A DNA stretch of 64,000 bases, taken from positions 19,344,001 to 19,408,000 of the forward strand of contig NC_043000.1 in the NCBI RefSeq assembly GCF_006345805.1, given 5' to 3'. The notes under the pieces are model-generated. The model saw only the letters and a list, made by a program, of their open reading frames with translations. It did no database searches and had not been told where the DNA came from. This document shows, in pieces, positions 24,288 to 37,810 of the stretch. The position numbers and the translations under genes were made by a program. Origin of the DNA: Octopus sinensis. Lineage: Eukaryota. Positions within the stretch are counted from its first letter, which is position 1. The number at the start of each line of letters is the position of its first letter.

Positions 24288-24290
<3 letters not shown>
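24118..24290 (+). mobile_element. Penelope-like 3' terminus (family of the 47.3-48.7 kb element)
   Basis: tcttt-ctgttga-a-gagc gtag gctc-gaaacgtt-aaaga; tail similar to 48600-48730; TA-flanked. Confidence 0.7.
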
Positions 24291-24343
<53 letters not shown>

Positions 24344-24386
24344 GTAATATGTATATATGTATATATATGTATTATATGTATATATG

Positions 24387-24418
<32 letters not shown>

Positions 24419-24657
24419 TACACACACATACACACATCTATGTATGTCTATATATATATGTGTGTGTGTGTGTATGTATGTATGTGTGTATGTGTGTGCA
24501 TAGTATACATGCATGCATACACACAAACAGACATATATAGTGTGCATATAAAATGAATATAAAAACACAACAGGGCATGTTTTATCAAAAAACGGTATTA
24601 ATCGTACATTTTAATGGACGAACAAAGGCGCTGACGTTTCAAACATAAATCCTTCAT

Positions 24658-24689
<32 letters not shown>

Positions 24690-24720
24690 CGTGCGTATTC
24701 AAAAGAGTGTGCCGTGAAGA

Positions 24721-25110
24721 TGGGATGGAAGCACTCCGTCGGTTACGACGACGAGGGTTCCGGTTGATCCGAATCAACGGAACAGCCTGCTCGTGAAATT
24801 AACGTGTAAGTGGCTGAGCACTCCACAGACACGTGTACCCTTAACGTAGTTCTCGAGGATATTCAGCGTGACACAGAGAGTGACAAGGCCGGCCCTTTGA
24901 AATACAGGTACAAGAGAAACAGGAAGTAAGAGTGAAAGAAAGTTGTGGTGAAAGAGTACAGCAGGGATCACCACCATCCCCTGCCGGAGCCGCGTGGAGC
25001 TTTAGGTGTTTTCGCTCAATAAACACTCACAACGCCCGGTCTGGGAATCGAAACCGCGATCCTATGACCGCGAGTCCGCTGCCCTAACCACTGGGCCATT
25101 GCGCCTCCAC
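24721..25110 (-). mobile_element. SINE-A (A2) with TSD
   Basis: TSD gtgccgtgaaga at 24709-24720 and 25111-25122. Confidence 0.95.
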
Positions 25111-25509
25111 GTGCCGTGAAGAACAGATCTGAAGAAAGAAGCTGGTTATCTAGAAGAGTTCTGGAACTGAGTTTAGTGCAAGTTCTCCTGAAATCTTGGA
25201 GCAATGAAAACATTATTTCCGGTATAATGCGACTTGTCTTCTCTGGTTTTTCTCAAGAATATTTTCAAATACTTTTGAAACCTCGCATATTTACGACTGT
25301 TCTATCATACAGAAATAGATTCCTCAGGTTGTGCAAAGATAATCCGGAGATTTAGATAGATTTAATCCTTCTCTGTATCTCTTTAAATCTGAGGGTATTT
25401 TGTATGTAAGCATATGTATGTATATGTTTGTACATGTGTACACATAAAAGTGTGTGCGTGCTTATGTTCAAGATGATACATATACATATACTATATGCAC
25501 ACACACACA

Positions 25510-25563
<54 letters not shown>

Positions 25564-25969
25564 CATTTATATATACATATATATATATATACATATATAC
25601 ATATATATATGTATATATATATGTATATATGTATGTGTATATGTATGTATGTATATGTATGTGTATATATATGTATGTATATATGTATGTATATGTATAT
25701 ATGTATTATGTATGTATGTATGTAAGAATGTAAGTATGTATGGATGAAGTTGATTTTTAATCCTTCTTCCGCTCTCTGGAACTGAGAGAGTGATATTTTT
25801 TTATCCCGTAAATTTCCGCTCTGACTTATATCACAATATCATTTAACATGGAAATATTAGGAAAGTTAAAAATTTTAAACCATATAAAACAAGCTGAATT
25901 TAGTTAGTATCATGTTTGTTCTCGGAAAAAAAATGTTACTGTGCACGTATGCATGAGAGCATATGTATG

Positions 25970-26373
25970 ACTCTTTTACTTGTTTCAGTCATTTGACTGC
26001 GGCCATGCTGGAGCACCGCCTTTAGTCGAGCAAATCGACCCCAGGACTTATTCTTTGTAAGCCCAGTACTTATTCTATCGGTCTCTTTTTACCGAACCGC
26101 TAAGTGACGGGGACTTAAACACACCAGCATCGGTTGTCAGGCAATGCTAGGGGGACAAACACAGGCACACAAACATATACACACACATACATATATATAT
26201 ATACATATATACGACAGGCTTCTTTCAGTTTCCGTCTACCAAATCCACTCACAAGGCATTGGTCGGCCTGAGGCTATAGCAGAAGACACTTGCCCAAGAT
26301 GCCACGCAGTGGGACTGAACCCGGAACCATGTGGTTGGTTAGCAAGCTACTTACCACACAGCCACTCCTGCGC
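25970..26373 (-). mobile_element. SINE-B full length
   Basis: Consensus match. Confidence 0.92.
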
Positions 26374-26857
26374 CTGAGAATGCAATTTTTTTTAAAACTG
26401 CGCATGACTTCTTTGGCCTTAGCGTTTCAGTCAGTTCCAGTAATAAAACCATATGGTGAAGCTGTTTGGCCGCAGACGATGCGACAAAGATGACTGGACA
26501 TTCAGTTTGTTTTGATGAGAGTACTTTACGGCGCCGGGACCAAAAATACGCACGTGCAGAAATATACTCATGCAGAGAAAGGGGGAGGGGAGGGAGAGGA
26601 GCGAAATGGAGAGAGAGAAGGAAAGGCGGAAAGGAGGGAGAGGGAGAGAGAAAGAAGAGGGGGAAGGAAGGAGAGAAAGAAGGTTGGCGAGACAGAGATT
26701 GCAATTTATTAATTGAACACGACTGACATTAACTTTTCCGTTCTCAAGCACAAAGAAAAATATGCAGAGAGAGAGAGGGGGGGTAGGGAGGAAAGATAAC
26801 GAGAGAAGCATTAAAACGCCTGATTTCAAATAAGTCAGCGTTGAATCAGTGACGCTG

Positions 26858-27247
26858 TGATGGAAGCACTCCGTCGGTTACGACGACGAGGGTTCCGGTT
26901 AATCCGAATCAACGGAACAGCCTGCTCGTGAAATGAACGTGTAAGTGGCTGAGCACTCCACAGACACGTGCACCCTTAACGTAGTTCTCGGGGATATTCA
27001 GCATGACACAGAGAATGACAAGGCCGGCCCTTTGAAATACAGGTACAACAGAAACAGGAAGTAAGAGTGAGAGAAAGTTGTGGTGAAAGAGTACAGCAGG
27101 GACCACCACCATGCCCCGCCGGAGCCTCGTGGAGCTTTTTAGGTGTTTTCGCTCAATAAACACTCACAACGCCCGGTCTGGGAATCGAAAGCGCGATCCT
27201 ATGACCGCGAGTCCGCTGCCCTGACCACTGGGCCATTGCGCCTCCAC
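26858..27247 (-). mobile_element. SINE-A (A2)
   Basis: Full-length match; no clear TSD. Confidence 0.92.
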
Positions 27248-27289
27248 ACGTTTCTATGTATCGTAAGTATGTACGTAAATAATAAATGC

Positions 27290-27507
27290 GCCCTTTTAAA
27301 GCCTAGCCAGGCTCATGGCGTATGTGTTCCCCAGCTGGACGGGACGCCAGTCCATCAACGTTACTAATTTTTGCCCGCTGAGTGGACTGGAGCAACGTTA
27401 AATGAAGTGTATTGCTCAAGAACACAACGCGTCGCCCAGTCCAGGAATCGAAACCACAATCTTACAATCATGGTACTGACACCCTAACCACTAAGCCACG
27501 CGCCTCC
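27290..27507 (-). mobile_element. SINE-G: distinct tRNA-derived SINE with CORE-like segment
   Basis: Minus head ggaggcgcgtggcttagtggttagg...gtttcgattcctgg, then gttgtgttcttgagcaatacacttc. Confidence 0.7.
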
Positions 27508-27599
27508 ACATGTATGTACGTACGTATGCATATATGTATGTTTGCTTTGCGTGTGTGTATTTACGTACACACACATATGTGTATGTGTGTAAGGTATAT

Positions 27600-27820
27600 T
27601 ACTCTTTTACTTGTTTCAGTCATTTGACTGCGGCCATGCTAGAGCACCGTCTTCAATCGAGCAACTTATTCTTTTGTAAGCCCAGTACTTATTCTATCGG
27701 TCTCTTTTTGCCGAACCGCTAAGTGACGGGGACATAAACACACCAGCATCGGTTGTCAAGCAATGCTAGGGGGGACAAAAACAGACACACAAACACACAC
27801 ATACATATATCTATCTATCT

Positions 27821-27867
<47 letters not shown>

Positions 27868-28028
27868 TACGACGGGCTTCTTTTCAGTTTCCGTCTACCA
27901 AATCCACTCACAAGACTTTGGTCGGCCCAGGACTATTGTAGAAGACACTTGCCCAAGGTGTCACGCAGTGGGACTGAACCCGGAACCATGTGGTTGGTAA
28001 ACAAGCTACTTACCATACAGCCACTCCT
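27600..28028 (-). mobile_element. SINE-B full length
   Basis: Consensus match. Confidence 0.9.
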
Positions 28029-28276
28029 GATGCATATTCATGGAAGCTTTGAACATATCTGAAGTATTTATTCAAGTTTTTCTTTTGTATAATTCAGTCT
28101 GGTCACTAAGAACGTGACAATGATCTTATATAATTGACAGTAAGTTCTTGGTGTTTATAAATATGCAAATTAGTGTCTGTATTTATATGTGTGTAAGGGT
28201 CACCTGAGTACACAACCCTGTGTATGCGTGCGCCCGCGCTTCACTACTATTTATGCATATGCGTACTCATTTCATA

Positions 28277-28658
28277 TCTCTCTCTATATAAACGGCAGTT
28301 TGTCTGTGCGTGTTTCTGTGTGTCTGTTTGCTTGTACCCTCACCCTGACCACGGCTTTCAACCGATTCTGATGAAACTTGACACACACATAGCCCAATGT
28401 CATAATTCAAAACTAACGCAGAGAAAATTTTGAAAAGTTCCCCCAGTTCTGAAAAAAATCGATAAATTCGACATGGGGTCGAGAATCAGAAACACAAAAC
28501 GCAAACTGTCTAGGGGACGCAACTCCACCTTTTTTAACTAAAAAAAAATTTACCATAATTTTTTTCCATTTTTTTGCTATATTTTGGCTATAACTCTCTA
28601 CAAATGCTTTATAGTTATTTCCCTTACAAACCTGAGCAACGCCGGGCGATACTGCTAG
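28277..28658 (+). mobile_element. Non-autonomous Helitron, mosaic (H3 5' part, H1 3' part)
   Basis: A|TCtctctctatataaacg...cctgagcaacgccggg cgatactgCTAG|T. Confidence 0.82.
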
Positions 28659-28811
28659 TTTACATATAACTGCGTGAATGTTGTCAATCAAGAAACCTCG
28701 AATGGAAGATACCTGGAATGTTTAATCAATTTCCACTGCAACACTAAACCAATGCAATTAGAGAATGCAAATCGGAGAACTCTAGCATTTTTAGGCATTG
28801 AAGCATTATTC

Positions 28812-29020
28812 ACTTTTACTCTTTTACTTGTTTCACTCATTTGACTGCGGCCATGCTAGAGCACTGCCTTTAGTCGATCAAATCGACCCCCAGTACTTAT
28901 TCTTTGTAAGCCTAGTACTTATTCTATCGGTAACTCTTGCCGAACCGCTAGATTACGGGGATGTAAACACACCACCATTGGTTGTCAAGCGACGTTGTGG
29001 GGACAAACACAGAGATACAA

Positions 29021-29069
<49 letters not shown>

Positions 29070-29289
29070 ATATATATATATATATAATATATATATATAT
29101 TATATATATATATATATATACATATTACGACGGACTTCTTTCAGTTTCGTCTACCCAATCAAGTCACAAGGCTTATTCGGCCTGAGGCTATAGTTAAAGA
29201 CACTTGGTCAAGGTGCCACGCAGTGGGAAAGAATCCGGAACCATGTGGTTCGTAAGCAAGCTACTTACCACACAGCCACTCCTGCGCCT
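28812..29289 (-). mobile_element. SINE-B full length
   Basis: Consensus match. Confidence 0.9.
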
Positions 29290-29553
29290 AATCTTTTATT
29301 CATTTTGAGAGCTCGTTTCTAACAACAAAAAGAAAAGATCCAAAACTGAAATTTGTATAAGAACATATTGAACCTTAAGAAAGTTTTGCGAACTTCTACT
29401 GTTCCACTACAGATTGCCTCGCTAGAGTTCGGTTTAACTGAGTTCTTCGTGGCTTGAAAACCCTAGCTTTTTCATATTGTCGCGTCGACATTTGCTAACG
29501 TAACCAAATGCGCCAATGATTAGTAGTATAAATATGATGCAATCTATGTATGC

Positions 29554-29584
<31 letters not shown>

Positions 29585-29679
29585 TGTATGTATTTATGTA
29601 TGTATGTATGTATGTATGTATGTATGCATGTATGTATGTATGTATGTATGTATGTAGTTACGTGTCAGGTTTTCACGTT

Positions 29680-29904
29680 TGAGCTGGCAGAATCGTTAGC
29701 ACGCCGGGCGAAATGCATAGCCGTATTTCGTCTGCCGTTACATTCTGAGTTCAAATTCCGCCGAGGTTGACTTTGCCTCTCATCCTTTCGGGGTCGATAA
29801 TTAAGTACCAGTTACGCACTAGGGTCGATGTAATCGACTTAATCCGTTTGTCTGTCCTTGTTTGTCCCCTCTATGTTTAGCCCCTTGTGGGTAATAAAGA
29901 AACA
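29680..29904 (+). mobile_element. SINE-C1 full length
   Basis: gagctggcagaatcgttagc...gagttcaaattcc (B box)...gcctctcatcctttcggggtcgataattaagtacc...gggtaataaagaaac. Confidence 0.92.
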
Positions 29905-30310
29905 TATATTTTGATATCGTGCTTGAAGTCGGGGCATATTTTACGCGCTTTTTTAAAATTGAATGTCTGTCTTCCTGCGATTGTGTGTTTGAAGTTGAAT
30001 AGCTTTCCTTAAGTTCGCTGGGGACCGGGTCATAGGAAGGTGAATGTGTAGTTTGATAAGGCGTATCTATAACGCTTGAAGGTTGACTGAAAGCCCGTAA
30101 AAAAAAAAGAGTTAATGGTGACCACTTGAACTAGGAAAATGAGAAATTGATAGCGAAGTAGGTGGGTAATACGGTTACAATTTTCTTTCACTTTATTTAT
30201 TTGTATATGTTCATATTTACTTACGTATTTTTGCGAGGTTTTTCAAGCATGAATGGAAAGCTATATCTCCCCAACCTTTCACATTCTAAATCTCCCCCCC
30301 CCCCCCAATT

Positions 30311-30345
<35 letters not shown>

Positions 30346-30469
30346 CCCACTCTCACTTTCTCACTTTCTCCTCTCACTCTCCTTTCATTTTCTAATCTGA
30401 CACACAAAGGCATCTATCTATCTTCTAGTCTGTCTTTTTTTGTACACATACACACATATACATGTATGC

Positions 30470-30644
30470 ATCAGTATGCATATTACACACACACAAAAGT
30501 AAATACATATGGATATATAGATATACATATATATACATATACACACATATGCATACATACATATAAACATATACATATATACACACATACATATATATAC
30601 ATATATATATAGACATATATATATGTACATATATATATATAGAC

Positions 30645-30676
<32 letters not shown>

Positions 30677-30745
30677 ATACCTATATATATATATATACAT
30701 ATATTCATACATATATCACACATATATACATATATATATATATAT

Positions 30746-30783
<38 letters not shown>

Positions 30784-30913
30784 TATACACATATATATAT
30801 ATACATATCGTATATTACATATACAACATACATATACATCTACGTATATATATATAAATACATATATATGCATTTATATAAATTATACATTATACATACA
30901 CATATATGTATAT

Positions 30914-30948
<35 letters not shown>

Positions 30949-30960
30949 TATATATATACA
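30470..30960. repeat. Degenerate (TA)/(TACA) array
   Basis: Direct reading. Confidence 0.9.
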
Positions 30961-31301
30961 TATCTACTATTTATCTAAACTCTCGTCTCAGCCATGCGGC
31001 CGAGGTCATGCTGGAGCACCACTATCGTCTTTCTGACTTTCTCAGTCTGGGTCTTTCGCATCATCACTCCTGTCTGTGCCTTTTCCCCAGCTGTTGGTAC
31101 GTTTGAATTATAATTGAGTTTGATTCCGCTGCCCTCCTCTGTACCTCATGTCGGGCTGTTGGTTCATCCGGTTTTGTAGAGAGGAGGATGTTTAATTCCT
31201 TTTTGAAGACATCTACTTCCACCTTTCGCAAATTTCTTAACTTTTGTAGCAGGGCATTGAAAAGCTGTAGGCCATTGAACCCTAGACTATTGCAATACCG
31301 T

Positions 31302-31672
31302 GGAGGCGCAATGGCTCAGTGGTTAGGGCAGCGGACTCGCGGTCGTAGGATCGCGGTTTCGATTCCCAGACCGGGCGTCGTGAGTGTTTATCGAGCGAAA
31401 ACACGTAAAGCTCCACGAGGCTCCGGCAGGGGATGGTGGTGATCCCTGCTGTACTCTTTCACCACAACTTTCTCTCACTCTTACTTCCTGTTTCTGTTGT
31501 ACCTGTATTTCAAAGGGCCGGCCTTGTCACTCTCTGTGTCACGCTGAATATCCCCGAGAACTACGTTAAGGGTACACGTGTCTGTGGAGTGCTCAGCCAC
31601 TTACACGTTAATATCACGAGCAGGCTGTTCCGTTGATCGGATCAACCGGAACCCTCTTCGTCGTAACCGACG
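31302..31672 (+). mobile_element. SINE-A (A2), 3' end fused to a Helitron
   Basis: Ends at cgtaaccgacg, then continues as Helitron sequence cagcgaaaattttg. Confidence 0.92.
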
Positions 31673-32340
31673 CAGCGAAAATTTTGAAAAGTTCCCACAG
31701 TTCTGAAAAAAAATCGATATATTGGACATGGGGTCGAGAATCTAAGCTTTTTATATGCAACACATTTTTTACAGACTGTCTAGGGATGCAACTCGACCTT
31801 TTTAACTCTCGGAACACGTGGGGTGTGTAAGATCCCAAATGGTATAACAATGTAAAAAACGGCAAAAAAGGCGGGCAGCAATGTGAGTGACAACAACGAA
31901 AAAGTCAAAAGTGACCAAACTGAACAAACGAATGGAAAAGGTTTTTTGGTGCACACGACAAAAGCGGTTTATAATAAACCAAGAGTTTGCAAGTAGCGTC
32001 CGAGGACCCTTAGGGTACGTCAAAAATTTAAGGTAAAACGTTTGGGGTGGTAGTTATAAAGAAAGTGTAAACAAAAGAAGTATTCGTATAACTTGCGGCT
32101 GCAGCAGCTATTAGCAGAAGTGGCGGTGTTGGGGGTAAAGTCTCGAATGTAATTTCTTCCTGGTAGGAATTGGTTGGGTTGAATTATCGATAGCTGTTTG
32201 ATAGTTATTTGGGAGTGAAGAGAAGACATTGCAACCTACACATGCGCCTTCGTTCCCTAGAGGGAAAGGACTAGATTGGGATTAGTCGTTGCCTACTAGG
32301 GGCTCTTACATACCCGGGCAACGCCGGGCTATGCTGCTAG
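31673..32340 (+). mobile_element. 5'-truncated Helitron (H3) with unique internal segment
   Basis: 31673-31800 matches 28410-28530; ends cccgggcaacgccggg ctatgctgCTAG|T. Confidence 0.78.
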
Positions 32341-32870
32341 TATATATATAAATATACATTTATATATATATATACATACTTATGTGTATATACATACATA
32401 TGTGTACATATATACATACATATATATATATAATATATATACATACACATATATTTATATATACACACATGTATATGCATACACATATATATACATATAT
32501 ATATACATATATACATATATATTACATATATGTATATATATATGTATATATATGTATATATGTATATATATATGTATATATATGTATATATGTATATATA
32601 TATGTATGTATATATGTGTATATTTATGCATGTATATGTGTATATATATATATATATACATACATATATATATATATACATACATATACATATATATGCA
32701 TGCATATATACACACACATATATATACACATATATATACATATATATGCATGCATGTATATACGTGTATATATATATATAAATACATTTATATATACACA
32801 TATATGCATATGTACATATAAATATATATATGTGTATGTACATATGTATATATACAAATATACATATATA
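32341..32870. repeat. Degenerate (TA)/(TATG) array
   Basis: Direct reading. Confidence 0.9.
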
Positions 32871-33183
32871 TTTGTGTTAAGAAAATGATTTCCAAGTTCC
32901 TTCCGGTTCATGCGGTCGCATACCACGGAAAGGAAACGTGGTTGATTACATTTATAAATGCATGTGTGTTAAGTTTATATCCTCTCTTTTTACTTCTTTC
33001 GTTCGTTCTTCATTTATATAGACATACTATTCATTTTCTTCTATGTTATTATGCTTCTAGTTTCAGTAATTTGACAGCGACGACCATGTTTGGCTTCCGT
33101 TTTGAACGTTCTGTTTTTTAGCCAGTCACATTGACACAAGTTGGTTGTTAGACTCCTTTTGTTGAACCACTACAACACAGAAT

Positions 33184-33572
33184 GGAGGCGCAATGGCCCA
33201 GTGGTTAGGGCAGCGGACTCGCGGTCGGAGGATCGCGGTTTCGATTCCCAGACCGGTCATTGTGAGGAGTGTTTATTGAGCGAAAACACCTAAAACTCCA
33301 CGAGGCTCCGGCAGGGGGTGGTGGTGATCCCTGCTGTACTCTTTCACCACAACTTTCTCTCGCTCTTTCTTCCTGTTTCTGTTGTACCTGTATTTCAAAG
33401 GGCCAACCTTGTCACATTCTGTGTGCCACGCTGAATCTCCCTGAGAACTACGTTAAGGGTACACGTGTCTGTGGAGTGCTCAGCCACTTGCACGTTAATA
33501 TCACGAGCAAGTTGTTCCGTTGATCGTATCAGCTGGGACCCTCATCGTCGTAACCGACGGAGTGCTCCTATA
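33184..33572 (+). mobile_element. SINE-A (A1) with TSD
   Basis: TSD tacaacacagaat at 33171-33183 and 33573-33585. Confidence 0.95.
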
Positions 33573-33602
33573 TACAACACAGAATATGAAAGATCATATT
33601 GT

Positions 33603-33656
<54 letters not shown>

Positions 33657-33850
33657 CCACTGTACGCCTAAGTGGTTAAGAAGTTCGCTGTTTTGGACCA
33701 CAAGCTCAAGGTTTCGACTCCACTGTGTGGCATCTTGGGCAAATGTCACTTTCTATAGACACGGGTCCACCCACCTATATATTTTGAGTAAAATTTCGTA
33801 CTCACGCGCGCGCGCATACACACATACAGATACACACACACACACATATG

Positions 33851-33911
<61 letters not shown>

Positions 33912-33912
33912 C

Positions 33913-34250
33913 GCAGGAGTGGCTGTGTGGTAAGTAGCTTGCTTACCAACCACATGGTTCCGGGTTCAGTGTCTTCTACTATAGCCTCAGGCCGACCAAG
34001 ATCTTCTGAGTGGATTTGGTAGATGGAAACTGAAAGAAGCCCGTCCTATATATGTATATATATGTGTGTGTGTATGTTTGACAACCGATGCTGGTGGTGT
34101 GTCCCCGTCACTTAGCGGTTCGGCAAAGGGGACCGATAGAATAAGTACTGGGCTTACAAAGAATAAGTCCCGGGGTCGATTTGCTCGACTAAAGGCGGTC
34201 TCCAGCATGGCGCAGTCAAATGACTGAAACAAGTAAAAGAAGTAAAAAAA
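33913..34250 (+). mobile_element. SINE-B with internal deletions
   Basis: Consensus match with gaps. Confidence 0.85.
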
Positions 34251-34759
34251 AAGAGTATATAATATATATAGATATATATATATATATAATTGCAGCGTGG
34301 GGAGTGTTTAAAAGCCATTTAAAAACATACAAAAACCGAAAAACCGTTAGATTCACTTCAACATTAAAATTTAAAAGTGACCGACTGAATAACTATGAGG
34401 CTTTTAAAAAATGAGTACTGGAGTTGATTTGTTTGACCAAAACCAGCCAGGTTGTGCTGTAACATAGCTGCAGTCCAAAGAGAAGCTAATAAGGGATTAA
34501 TAATCCAAGCGAAATATTTCTAAAGCTCTCTGTAAAATGAGATACGCTAAAGTAACTAAAAGCTCTTGTGATCGATCTTGTACTCCATGTAAAGTCAATC
34601 ACCAGGAAAATTTACAAATCCAAGTTTCCCATACCTAGTTTATCTGGTATGTTTTAACAGTCGTACATAAAATAGACAGAAATAATGGGCTATATACATT
34701 CATTTATTTATAAATGTATGTGTGTTATTTATAAACATTATTTCTACCTATTTCATGGT

Positions 34760-34900
34760 TCAAAATAGTTCAAAGAAAGAAAAAGAAAGAAACAGAGACA
34801 GTTAAAGTTTGACGCTCAGGAAGAATGGAAAAGTATTCGACGTTTCGAGCCTACGCACTTCCGCAGAAAGGAATGAGGATAGAAAACAAATAGAGAGAGG
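34760..34900 (-). mobile_element. Penelope-like terminus fragment
   Basis: Minus strand cttt-ctgcgga-a-gtgcgtaggctc-gaaacgtc, same family as 24.15 kb. Confidence 0.55.
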
Positions 34901-35009
34901 TAAGTGGAAAAGAAACGTTTTTGCATTAACTTTTGCACATGTTGAATTCATATGTGTGTGTGTGTGTGTGTACGTGTGTGTGTGTGTGCATGTGCGTGCG
35001 TATGTGTGT

Positions 35010-35267
35010 ATACAGAGAGAGAAAGAGAGGGAGAGAGAGAGGGGGAGAGAAACAAGTGGGGAAGCTAGCAGTTAGTGTTCATATCCACAAAGCAATATAA
35101 CGAGTGTGTGTGTGTGTGTGTGTGTATGTGTGCGTGTGTGCATGTGCGTGCGTATGTGTGTATACATAGAGAGAAAGAGAGGGGGAGAGAGAGGGGGAGA
35201 GAAACAAGTGGGGAAGGTAGCAGTTAGTGTTCATATTCACAAAGCAATATAACGAGTGTGTGTGCGC

Positions 35268-35304
<37 letters not shown>

Positions 35305-35580
35305 GTGTGTGTGCGTGTATGTGCGCACGTATGCAGAGAGAGAGAAAAGAAGGAAAGGTTGAAATTAGTATTCATGTGTACAAAGCAATGTAACGAGTGC
35401 GTGTGTTTGTTTGTGTGTGTGGGGTCGCGTGCGTATACGGAAAGAGAGAAAGAGAGAGAGAGAGGAGGGAGGGAGAGAGAGGGAGTGAGAGAGAGAGAAA
35501 AATAGGAAAGGTAGAAATGAAATTAGGTTTTCATATGCAACAAAGCAACGCAATGAGTGCACGTGCGCGCCTGTGTGTGT
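35010..35580 (+). repeat. Composite minisatellite: 4 units of GA-run + ~45-bp core + GT-run
   Basis: Core ttagt.ttcat.t....caaagcaat.taacgagtg repeated. Confidence 0.75.
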
Positions 35581-35915
35581 CTATGTACTTGTGTCTGCAT
35601 GAATATGTGTATTCGTACGAGTCTAAGTGTGTGTGTGTGTGTGTGTGGTGTGTGTTGTGTATGTGTGTGTTGTGGTGTGTGTGTGTGTTGTGTGTTGTGT
35701 GTGTTTGTGGTGTGTGTTTGTGTGTTTGGTGTGTGTTGTGTGTGTGTGTGGTGTGTGTGTTTGTGTGTGTGTGTTTTTGTTTGGGTGGTGTGTGTGTGTG
35801 TGTGTGTGTGTGTGTTGTTTGTGTGTGGTGTGTGTGTATATGTGTATGTGTGTGTGTGTGTGTGTGGTGTGTGTGGTGTGTGTGTGTGTGTGTGTGAGTG
35901 AGAGAGAGAGAGAGC
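35580..35915. repeat. Degenerate (TG)n
   Basis: Direct reading. Confidence 0.9.
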
Positions 35916-36201
35916 GGCTGGTTATATATTCTCGCCTCTTATTATGGATATATTTCATTGTTTGCATTTTGTAAAACGATTTTATTTTCAGAGCGCAATC
36001 TATATTTTGAAAGCAAAATAAACACAATGAGCTCCGATGCTGTTTATAATAAGCAATAACGATAATAGCAACGACAGAGGAAACAATAATACACAATAAA
36101 AATAAAACAAATAACCATTAACAGACATTGAAAGAATGCAGTAACTAACACGTGGTACTGGTTCCGGTATGGCCATAACAACAAGTGTTTCGTATCAAGT
36201 A

Positions 36202-36585
36202 GGAGCACTCCGTCGGTTGCGACGATGAGGGTCCCAGCTGATACGATCAACGGAACAGCTTGCTCATGATATTAACGTGTAAGTGGCTGAGCACTCCACA
36301 GACACGTGTACCCTTAACGTAGTTCTCGGGGATAATCAGCGTGACACAGAGAGTGACAAGGCCGGCCCTTTGAAATACAGGTACAACAGAAACAGGAAGT
36401 AAGAGTGAGAGAAAGTTGTGGTGAAAGTGTACAGCAGGGTTCACCACCACCCCCTGCCGGAGCGTCGTGGAGCTTTAGGTGTTTTTCGCTCAATAAACAC
36501 TCACAATGCTCGGTCTGGGAATCGAAAGCGCGATCCTACGACCGCGAGTCCGCTGCCCTAACCACTGGGCCATTGCGCCTCCACG
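36202..36585 (-). mobile_element. SINE-A (A1) with TSD
   Basis: TSD ttcgtatcaagta at 36189-36201 and 36586-36598. Confidence 0.95.
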
Positions 36586-36699
36586 TTCGTATCAAGTACT
36601 GAGTTTGTGAAGGAGGCACTCTCTATGCAGTCGATCGATATGCTAGAAATACCAGCAAAATTTCCCTCAGGTAACATGTCTTTCTAATATAGGCACACT

Positions 36700-36900
36700 G
36701 CTTGAAATGTCTTTTGGGGTGGGGGAGGCCAGTCAATTGTATCGACCCTAGTGCTCAACAGATTCTTATTTCATCGACCTCAGAAGGATGAAAGATAAAG
36801 TTGACCTTGGTGGAATTCGAACTCAGAACGTAAAGCCGGTAGAAATGCAATTAAGCATTTTTATCTGTCGTGCTAAAGATTCTGCCAGCTCGGCGCCTTT
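36700..36900 (-). mobile_element. SINE-C2, old
   Basis: aaggatgaaagataaagttgaccttggtggaattcgaactcagaacg. Confidence 0.7.
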
Positions 36901-37004
36901 TTAATTCCTTCTACTGTAGGCATAAAGCCTGAAATTTGATGGGAGAGGGTAAGTCAACTGAAACTTATTTTATCGACCTTTCAGGATCGATAAAGTAAGT
37001 TTCG

Positions 37005-37108
37005 TGGAAGCGCAATGGCCCAGTGGTTAGGGCAGCAGACTCACGGTCGCTGGATCGCGGTTTCGATTCCCAAATCCGGCGTTGTGTGTGTTTATTGAGC
37101 GAAAACAC
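37005..37108 (+). mobile_element. SINE-A head only, followed by (TACA)n
   Basis: A and B boxes present; body replaced by microsatellite. Confidence 0.8.
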
Positions 37109-37810
37109 CTACATACATACATACATACATACATATATACATACATTCATGCATACATTCACACGCACTCAGATACATACATACATACATACATGCATAC
37201 ATACATACACATATATATATTTTTTTATGTTTTTTTTGCTAAATGAAGGCACTCTAAAAATTTGGTGGTGGTTTTATGAACATGTTTGCGTGTGCGTATT
37301 TCCGTGTGTGTGTGCGTGTGCGTGTATACGCGAGTATGGGTGGGGGTGAGTGCTTGTGTCTGTGCATGAATGTGTATTGTGTGTGTGTGTGTGTTGGTAC
37401 TGAACCCGGAACCATGTGGGTGGGAAGCAAGCTTCTTACCCCCAGCCACGCCTGCTCACACACACACACACACACACCCATATTGAGACCATTTTCATTT
37501 CACTCTTAACTGTTTAGTAACATGACATCGCAAACAGACACTTCTGTTTGTCTGCCTAGCTGTCTGTCTGTCTGTCTGTCTCTGTCTCTCTGTCTCTGTC
37601 TCTCTGTCTCTCTGTCTGTCTCTCTCTCTCTCTTTCTCTCTCACACACACACACACACACAAGGAAATTTGGCTACCAGTAAGTCTGAAATAAATCAGTA
37701 AAGCTATACAAGACTATTCGTGTAACTTTTCGTTCAATCGCTGCAATTTGAGACACATCAGTCGAAGAATCAATAGTTTATCCAATCACTAAAGCAGTGA
37801 TAAAGCAGTC

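Noticed and set aside
26400-26850. Unique CpG-containing stretch with GA tract as promoter or enhancer
   Set aside because: Only short generic motifs; nothing in the sequence alone supports a regulatory call
31302-31378. tRNA-Arg(UCG)-like gene
   Set aside because: A and B boxes and a TCG anticodon-like loop are present, but there is no proper acceptor stem and it continues into a 385-bp repeat with TSDs, so it is a SINE head
31384-31636. Recurrent ORFs MFIERKH.../MVVIPAVLFHHNF...
   Set aside because: They recur only because they are SINE-A translations; frames break differently in each copy
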